Shown one piece after another: positions 36,882-41,429 of a stretch of DNA of 41,429 nt. The DNA is taken from positions 1 through 41,429 of the forward strand of contig JAWBRA010000015.1 in NCBI GenBank assembly GCA_038844785.1, written 5' to 3'. Origin of the DNA: Candidatus Caldarchaeum sp. (GTDB taxonomy: Archaea; Thermoproteota; Nitrososphaeria_A; Caldarchaeales; Caldarchaeaceae). Each line of letters opens with the position of its first letter. The first letter of the stretch is position 1. The translations under genes and the position numbers were made by a program. The notes below the pieces were generated by a model. It was not told where the DNA came from. It saw nothing but the letters and a program-made list of their open reading frames with translations, and did no database searches.

Positions 36882-37632
36882 GCTGCGCCACCCCTCCGTA
36901 TTCCGCCATGACGGCCCTGCAGGCTTCTAAAGCCTGTGAAACGAGTTCAGACGCTCTTTCCCTAGAAGATGCTTTAACATGCAATGAGTAGACAGGAGCT
37001 CCTTTCGTCTTGATTTCTACATGTTCTCCGCCGGCTGCTACTTGCTCGGCTTTTTCAGCCGCCAGTCTTATTGCCTCCACACCTTTCGGCCCGTCGCAGC
37101 GTAGAATGACGTCAACCTTAACCTCAAACTCTCTAACTTTTATTTCCTGATCAACAGCTTTTTTCAAAGCATCTGCCTCGGCCTCGCTCAAGTCTTGGAA
37201 AAAGCTTTCCACCTGCTCTCCGACCGCGATCTTCTCGAAGACCTCGTAAAGCTGCACCGGGTCTGGAAACTTCGCCAGCAGCATCTCCACAGCCCTGCGT
37301 CCAGACGCATCCTCTAGAACCTTAAGCACCTTAGCAACCTTCGCCTTCTTCTTAACCTCCAGCAGCTTTTCTATCCTCTCTTTCTGCGAAACACGGCGCA
37401 TTGAAAGGTCGATTTGAAAGGTCTGCGGGTTGACGCGGATAATTTTGAAGACCGTCCTCTGCCCCTCCTTGAGATGTTCACGTATGTTTCGAACCCATTT
37501 TAAAGAAACCTCTGAGACGTGGACGAAGCCTTCGTAGCCGGGGTACTCCTCCACCTCCACGTAGGCACCGTAGTCTCTAACGCTTGTAATCCTGCCTATG
37601 ACCAGCTCCCCTAGCTCGGGAGCTTTACTCAA
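36862..37632 (-). CDS. eif2a: Translation initiation factor aIF2 alpha subunit
   Basis: [34 protein letters not shown] and GAPVY motifs. Confidence 0.95.
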   Translation of the reverse strand: MSKAPELGELVIGRITSVRDYGAYVEVEEYPGYEGFVHVSEVSLKWVRNIREHLKEGQRTVFKIIRVNPQTFQIDLSMRRVSQKERIEKLLEVKKKAKVAKVLKVLEDASGRRAVEMLLAKFPDPVQLYEVFEKIAVGEQVESFFQDLSEAEADALKKAVDQEIKVREFEVKVDVILRCDGPKGVEAIRLAAEKAEQVAAGGEHVEIKTKGAPVYSLHVKASSRERASELVSQALEACRAVMAEYGGVAQLKTASG

Positions 37633-37825
37633 GGAACTTCTCCCTTTTTGCTAGGATTATGGCTTTGCCTCCCGCTGGCTTGCAGAGGACTGCTCCGCAG
37701 ACGTTGCACCTGACTACGATTTTAGCGGAGTCGAAGATAATCTGTCTGTTCCCACATTCGTTGCACATCACTTGGATGAACCTTGAACGCGGCCTGGGTA
37801 TCAGCCTCTCCCAAGGCTCAGACAT
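37625..37825 (-). CDS. rps27e: 30S ribosomal protein S27e
   Basis: [18 protein letters not shown]...[15 protein letters not shown]. Confidence 0.96.
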   Translation of the reverse strand: MSEPWERLIPRPRSRFIQVMCNECGNRQIIFDSAKIVVRCNVCGAVLCKPAGGKAIILAKREKFLE

Positions 37826-37828
37826 GGC

Positions 37829-38107
37829 TTACCTCACCAGCTCAAGCTTTTTAAGCCTGATGCCCTCCCTCATGACAGACCTTCCACAGGCACTGCATTT
37901 AAGGACTAGCGTTTTCTTGTCTGTTGTTTTTGCTTTCTTCCTCTGTATAGGGTATTTCTGGCCGCCGTATCCCTTGAGCTCCCGAGCGTGTCTCCTAGCG
38001 CCTAGAGCAAGGCTTCGTTCCTTCCCTTTCTTGTACAGCGTGACCGAGTGCTCGGTGTGACTGTTGCATTTCGGGCAGTAGGTCTGGATTTTGACGGGGA
38101 CTTTCAT
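37829..38107 (-). CDS. rpl44e: 50S ribosomal protein L44e
   Basis: MKVP....TYCPKC..HTEH, GYGGQ and K.TDKK.L.LKCSACG; alternative start at 38122. Confidence 0.96.
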   Translation of the reverse strand: MKVPVKIQTYCPKCNSHTEHSVTLYKKGKERSLALGARRHARELKGYGGQKYPIQRKKAKTTDKKTLVLKCSACGRSVMREGIRLKKLELVR

Positions 38108-38182
38108 CTCCTGTTGAGGCATGTGGAGGCATGATTTAAACCGTTTGAAACATCTTTAAACACGTTTTCCATCAATAGAGCC

Positions 38183-38605
38183 GTGGAAAGAGTCAGGCTG
38201 GTTAAAGAGATAATGGCCGACAACGTTGTCACGGTCTCCGCTGACGACAGCGTTTATGCAGCGGCGCGTCTCATGGCGGAGAGGGGGGTTGGCTCCTGCG
38301 TAGTAGTCAGGGATGAAAAACCTGTCGGAATTGTGACTGAGAGGGATGTTGTTAGGAAGGTTGTCGCTGGCGGACTCTCGCCGAAGAGGACGCGGGTTGA
38401 AAGGATAATGTCCAGCCCGTTGATAGTTGTGGGGGAAAACACGTCTATCGCCGACGCTGCAGCCATCATGGCTGGACACCGTGTGAGAAGGCTTGTCGTC
38501 GTGAGAGATGACAGGCTTGCAGGAGTAGTCAGCGTGACAGACTTGGTTCGAGCCGTTGGCGAGGCTGGGTTTAAAACCGTTATACCTGCTCTGCTCCGCG
38601 GCTAG
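38183..38605 (+). CDS. CBS-domain pair protein
   Basis: VKEIM...VVTV, GIVTERD, IMSSP and GVVSVTD motifs. Confidence 0.9.
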   Translation: MERVRLVKEIMADNVVTVSADDSVYAAARLMAERGVGSCVVVRDEKPVGIVTERDVVRKVVAGGLSPKRTRVERIMSSPLIVVGENTSIADAAAIMAGHRVRRLVVVRDDRLAGVVSVTDLVRAVGEAGFKTVIPALLRG

Positions 38606-39993
38606 TCGGCGACAAGCACCTTCAGGTCTTCTATTCCTTCTGCGAACATTGTTCTAAACCTTTCCACGAAGTCGTCCTTTGACAGGCTCAGCCTGCCTAC
38701 GACGACTATGTCTACGTCTCCGTAGACTTCGTCGAAGCTCTCCACGTCATCCCAGGCCGCAAGCTCCCTGAGTATTTTGTTGACGTCGTATTGGGGGTAG
38801 AGCTTGGCCAGAAGATAAGCCCTTTCACGTTTTACAAACCTTTCAACCGTCTCGGGGGCTACGTCGACGCCAAGCTCTTTCTTCAAGACTTCCTTTAAAT
38901 CCATGTAGCTGAGACCGTTTCTCCTCTCCCTAGCTTTTTTAGCCAAGGTCTCTGTAGCTTTTTTGACCCGCGGGTCTCCAGGGTCTAGGCCCGCAAGCAT
39001 GGCGACCAGCCTGTGGCTCGTGTAAACGCCTATGTGGAATACAGGGTTTCCGAAGTCTGTTTCCAGCTTTTTCCTAGGAATGTAGCCTTCTGGCTTCTCG
39101 ACCGCCATGGCCTGGTGTACTCCAGCCCTCAGGGTCTTTGCTTCATCGGAAAGTGGGTGACGCCAATATATCCTTATTCCCGCAACCCTGGCGAAGAAAC
39201 TGTACAGACTTTGAATCTTACTTCTGTCCACTCCGAGTTGGACTCCGTGGATGTCTTCGAGCGTGGCGACCACTTCGTAGAGGTCGGCTATGCCGTTCCT
39301 GTCGCCAACGCCCATCACGGTTACATGGGCCTCGGCAACTCCTTCGAGGATTGCTTCCACCGTGTTGGGCGACGCCATGCCGTAGTCGTTGTGGAAATGG
39401 GCTGCCAAAGGCGTGGAGACCGATTGGCGGAGCTTTCGAATGAACTCTGAGGTGGTGCGTGGCGAGAGAAGCCCTGCCGTGTCTGGTACGCTGACCAGGC
39501 TGGCCCCAGCTTCGTCCAGCCTTTTGATGGCCGAGACAAGTTTCTCAAGCTCTCCGTCAACATAGAATCTGGAAGCATCCTCCAACGTTGCGCGAACGTA
39601 GCGGAAGCCGTGGCTTCTCGCCAAGGTCATTGCTTCAACAAGCCTTTCCACAGCCTCTTCATATGTTATGCCGTGGAGTTTGTGGACGCGGTGGATTTTA
39701 GTGGGTGAAATGTATACTGCCAGCCCGTGGGCATCATACTTTGCAGCCGCTTCAACGTCTTGCTTCAAGGCTCTTCCATGCAGCACCGCCTCCAAGCCGC
39801 AGTCGTTCACGGCTTTGACGACAGGCTCCACGTCTTCCCTAGTTGTCCTCGGAGGGTAGTCGACGGTGAGCTCGACGCGTTTTATTCCGGCGTCGGCTAG
39901 CCTTCTAACAAGCTCGACCTTCGCATCTTTTTTGAGGACTCTGAAGAGCTCCCCTTCCCTGAGCGTCGAGTCGAGGAGGGTTGTTGCCTCCAC
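38602..39993 (-). CDS. DRE-TIM metallolyase (homocitrate synthase-like) with a C-terminal RAM/Lrp-type regulatory domain
   Basis: LDSTLREGE, PDTAG, HFHNDYG, GVGDRNG and AGVH motifs; C-terminal VESFDEVYGDVDIVV. Confidence 0.8.
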   Translation of the reverse strand: MEATTLLDSTLREGELFRVLKKDAKVELVRRLADAGIKRVELTVDYPPRTTREDVEPVVKAVNDCGLEAVLHGRALKQDVEAAAKYDAHGLAVYISPTKIHRVHKLHGITYEEAVERLVEAMTLARSHGFRYVRATLEDASRFYVDGELEKLVSAIKRLDEAGASLVSVPDTAGLLSPRTTSEFIRKLRQSVSTPLAAHFHNDYGMASPNTVEAILEGVAEAHVTVMGVGDRNGIADLYEVVATLEDIHGVQLGVDRSKIQSLYSFFARVAGIRIYWRHPLSDEAKTLRAGVHQAMAVEKPEGYIPRKKLETDFGNPVFHIGVYTSHRLVAMLAGLDPGDPRVKKATETLAKKARERRNGLSYMDLKEVLKKELGVDVAPETVERFVKRERAYLLAKLYPQYDVNKILRELAAWDDVESFDEVYGDVDIVVVGRLSLSKDDFVERFRTMFAEGIEDLKVLVAD

Positions 39994-40086
39994 CGCTTTC
40001 CCACCGAAGCCCTAGTTATTGAAATCGTATTTATTTTTATAATTTGGTATTTTTGAATCGTCGTTCTTTTATTTTTTCGTATTTTT

Positions 40087-40560
40087 TTAACGTTTTTCGT
40101 ATTGAGCCAGCTTGTTCTTAATCCCCTCCTGAACCCTGCGGCATAGCTCTTCATCTTCGTTCAAAACCTGCCCCAGCACCTCGAAGATTTGCGTGGACTG
40201 TTCGCCGACGCTGTGCTCCATAAGCTCGGCTTCTACCTCGGCCGTCATCTCATCCATTCCCAGCTTTTGGAGCAGTTTTGAGATGATGTCGTGGCGGCGT
40301 TTAAGCCTCCGCACAGTGGAAAGACCTTCTTCGGTGAGCTCAAGGAGTTTGTAGGGCTCGTACATGACGTAGCCTTTCTCCCTCAGCCTGAAGATCACTT
40401 TCTTCACGGTGCTGGGGGCTACGTTCAAGGCTCTGGCGACGTCGACAGGCCTGACTCTGCCACCCTTCTGTTCAAAAATCTCGTAAACAGCTTCAAGGTA
40501 TTCTTCGGCAAGCTTTACGGCTCCCTTCTCCTTTTTATGTGCTTTCATCAAAGCCTCCAT
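40087..40560 (-). CDS. DtxR/MntR family metal-dependent transcriptional regulator
   Basis: EEYLEAVY, DVARALNVAPSTV (HTH), LTEEG, RRH and E..MEH motifs; exact start uncertain. Confidence 0.9.
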   Translation of the reverse strand: MEALMKAHKKEKGAVKLAEEYLEAVYEIFEQKGGRVRPVDVARALNVAPSTVKKVIFRLREKGYVMYEPYKLLELTEEGLSTVRRLKRRHDIISKLLQKLGMDEMTAEVEAELMEHSVGEQSTQIFEVLGQVLNEDEELCRRVQEGIKNKLAQYEKR

Positions 40561-40822
40561 CCGAGGATAGCCTGGCGTCAACGGCAAACAGTAGTTGAAG
40601 GTTGTTTATTAAGGAGTAACCCGTCGAAAAGAGACAGCTGGTTAGCCTGCCTGCTGTGGGTTTGAACCCGCCAGCCAGTCGCGCGGATGCGGCTCACAAA
40701 CACTCCTCCAGCTCAACAGGACAATTGCCAGCTGCCGCAAAAAGTAACAAACATTCTTACACGTCCTGATACATTCGTCTATAAACGGGATACGCAGACA
40801 ATCCCAAGCATGGCTTGATAAA

Positions 40823-40980
40823 CCTTCAATCCCTCATCGGATTCAACGGTCAGAACTGGCAGAAGAGCTGGACGAGCCGATGAGACGTCCTTCAATACCT
40901 TCCCGGATTCAGCTGCAGAGGAAGACTACAGGGCAGCCGTGGAAGACTATTTCAACGTTCAATTCCTTTTTGGATTCAGC
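40823..40980 (-). CRISPR. Orphan degenerate CRISPR mini-array (3 repeats of 25 bp, spacers of 41 and 42 bp)
   Basis: Repeats at 40823-40847 (CCTTCAATCCCTCATCGGATTCAAC), 40889-40913 (CCTTCAATACCTTCCCGGATTCAGC) and 40956-40980 (CGTTCAATTCCTTTTTGGATTCAGC). On the minus strand they end ATTGAA(G/C)G, like crenarchaeal ATTGAAAG repeats. Confidence 0.75.
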
Positions 40981-41125
40981 TGAAGCTATTTATTTTTGTT
41001 TTGTGGTTTTATCTAAGATTATTGGTGTTTTTTGGCTCATTATCCACGAACCGCTTCAACGACGGCTTCTTGGACGTTTCTGTGTTCTAGGACCCTTCCT
41101 AGACAACCTCTCTTTATATAGGTCC
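40981..41125 (-). promoter_or_regulatory. Putative CRISPR leader
   Basis: A-rich (minus strand) non-coding tract adjoining the most canonical-looking repeat; TATATAAA on the minus strand at ~41113-41120. Confidence 0.5.
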
Positions 41126-41160
41126 CCCGAAACGGCCTTATGCTATAACCCGATTCTCTC

Positions 41161-41286
41161 CGCCGGGGGTGGGATTTGAACCCACGCGGCCCTGTGGGGC
41201 CACAGGCTCTCTAGGCCTACAGGCCTCCAGGCCTGCGTTATAGGGGAAAATAATATATCCTCTCTACCAGACTGAGCGACCCCGGC
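41161..41286 (-). tRNA. tRNA-Ser(GGA) with two introns (24/25 at 41238-41261; 37/38 at 41209-41224)
   Basis: Spliced 86-nt sequence: GCCGGGG TC GCTC AGTCTGGTA GAGC G CAGGC CTGGAGA GCCTG, long variable arm, GTGGG TTCAAAT CCCAC CCCCGGC G. G73 discriminator; BHB-like motifs at both introns; CCA not encoded. Confidence 0.9.
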
Positions 41287-41308
41287 TAAATAAGCCAACT
41301 GCTTTCCT

Positions 41309-41316
41309 TTATATAA
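41309..41316 (-). promoter_or_regulatory. TATA box of tRNA-Ser
   Basis: TTATATAA about 23 nt upstream of the tRNA 5' end. Confidence 0.6.
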
Positions 41317-41429
41317 GAATATGTCTGAAAGGAAAAATGAGGGGGGTGTTTGGCTGGAGGCCGGTCATCTGACAGCGTTTAAGCATGATGAAAACTGTGC
41401 ATTGGCTCTTAAATCGCCGTAAAGCGTTG

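Noticed and set aside
2236-40665. Numerous 60-180 aa antisense or alternate-frame ORFs inside well-supported genes
   Set aside because: Shadow ORFs overlapping genes with clear family motifs; no independent evidence.
40880-41179. 99-aa ORF
   Set aside because: Runs through CRISPR repeats, the leader and the tRNA 3' end; spurious.
41209-41237. tRNA-Tyr(GTA) or tRNA-Ser(AGA) reading of the anticodon region
   Set aside because: The long variable arm, G73 and acceptor stem indicate Ser; BHB geometry fits a 37/38 intron giving GGA; A34 anticodons are essentially absent in archaea.
41337-41429. ATGATGA and CTGA boxes, or a CDS start (MMKTVHWLLNRRKAL), at the right edge
   Set aside because: Truncated by the window end; an sRNA, a gene start and chance cannot be distinguished.

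Overview
Archaeal chromosomal window of about 50% GC. The gene set, TATA-type promoters and a multi-intron tRNA point to a thermophilic TACK archaeon; Aigarchaeota/Caldarchaeum-like is my inference. The left ~2 kb is accessory: a truncated IS110-like recombinase ORF, a GC-rich hairpin-dense non-coding block and a broken Zn-ribbon ORF. The core follows: lipA-pdhB-lpdA-lipB, tbp, an ECF module attached to the proteasome/exosome superoperon, an amidase, a GPN GTPase, EF-2, a cox (Mo-hydroxylase/CODH-like) cluster lacking its large subunit, moeA, an APC permease, hemK, asnS, a LigB-like ligase, Hsp20, an AN1-M50 protease, rpl44e-rps27e-aIF2a, a homocitrate-synthase-like enzyme and a DtxR regulator. 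Elements read directly from the DNA and absent from the ORF track: a double-guide box C/D sRNA, a 36-aa poly-Glu microprotein, a 36-aa histone-H1-like Lys/Ala/Pro microprotein, a 47-aa ORF abutting the amidase, an orphan degenerate CRISPR mini-array and a tRNA-Ser(GGA) with two BHB introns. All family calls come from motif recognition only; no database searches were run.
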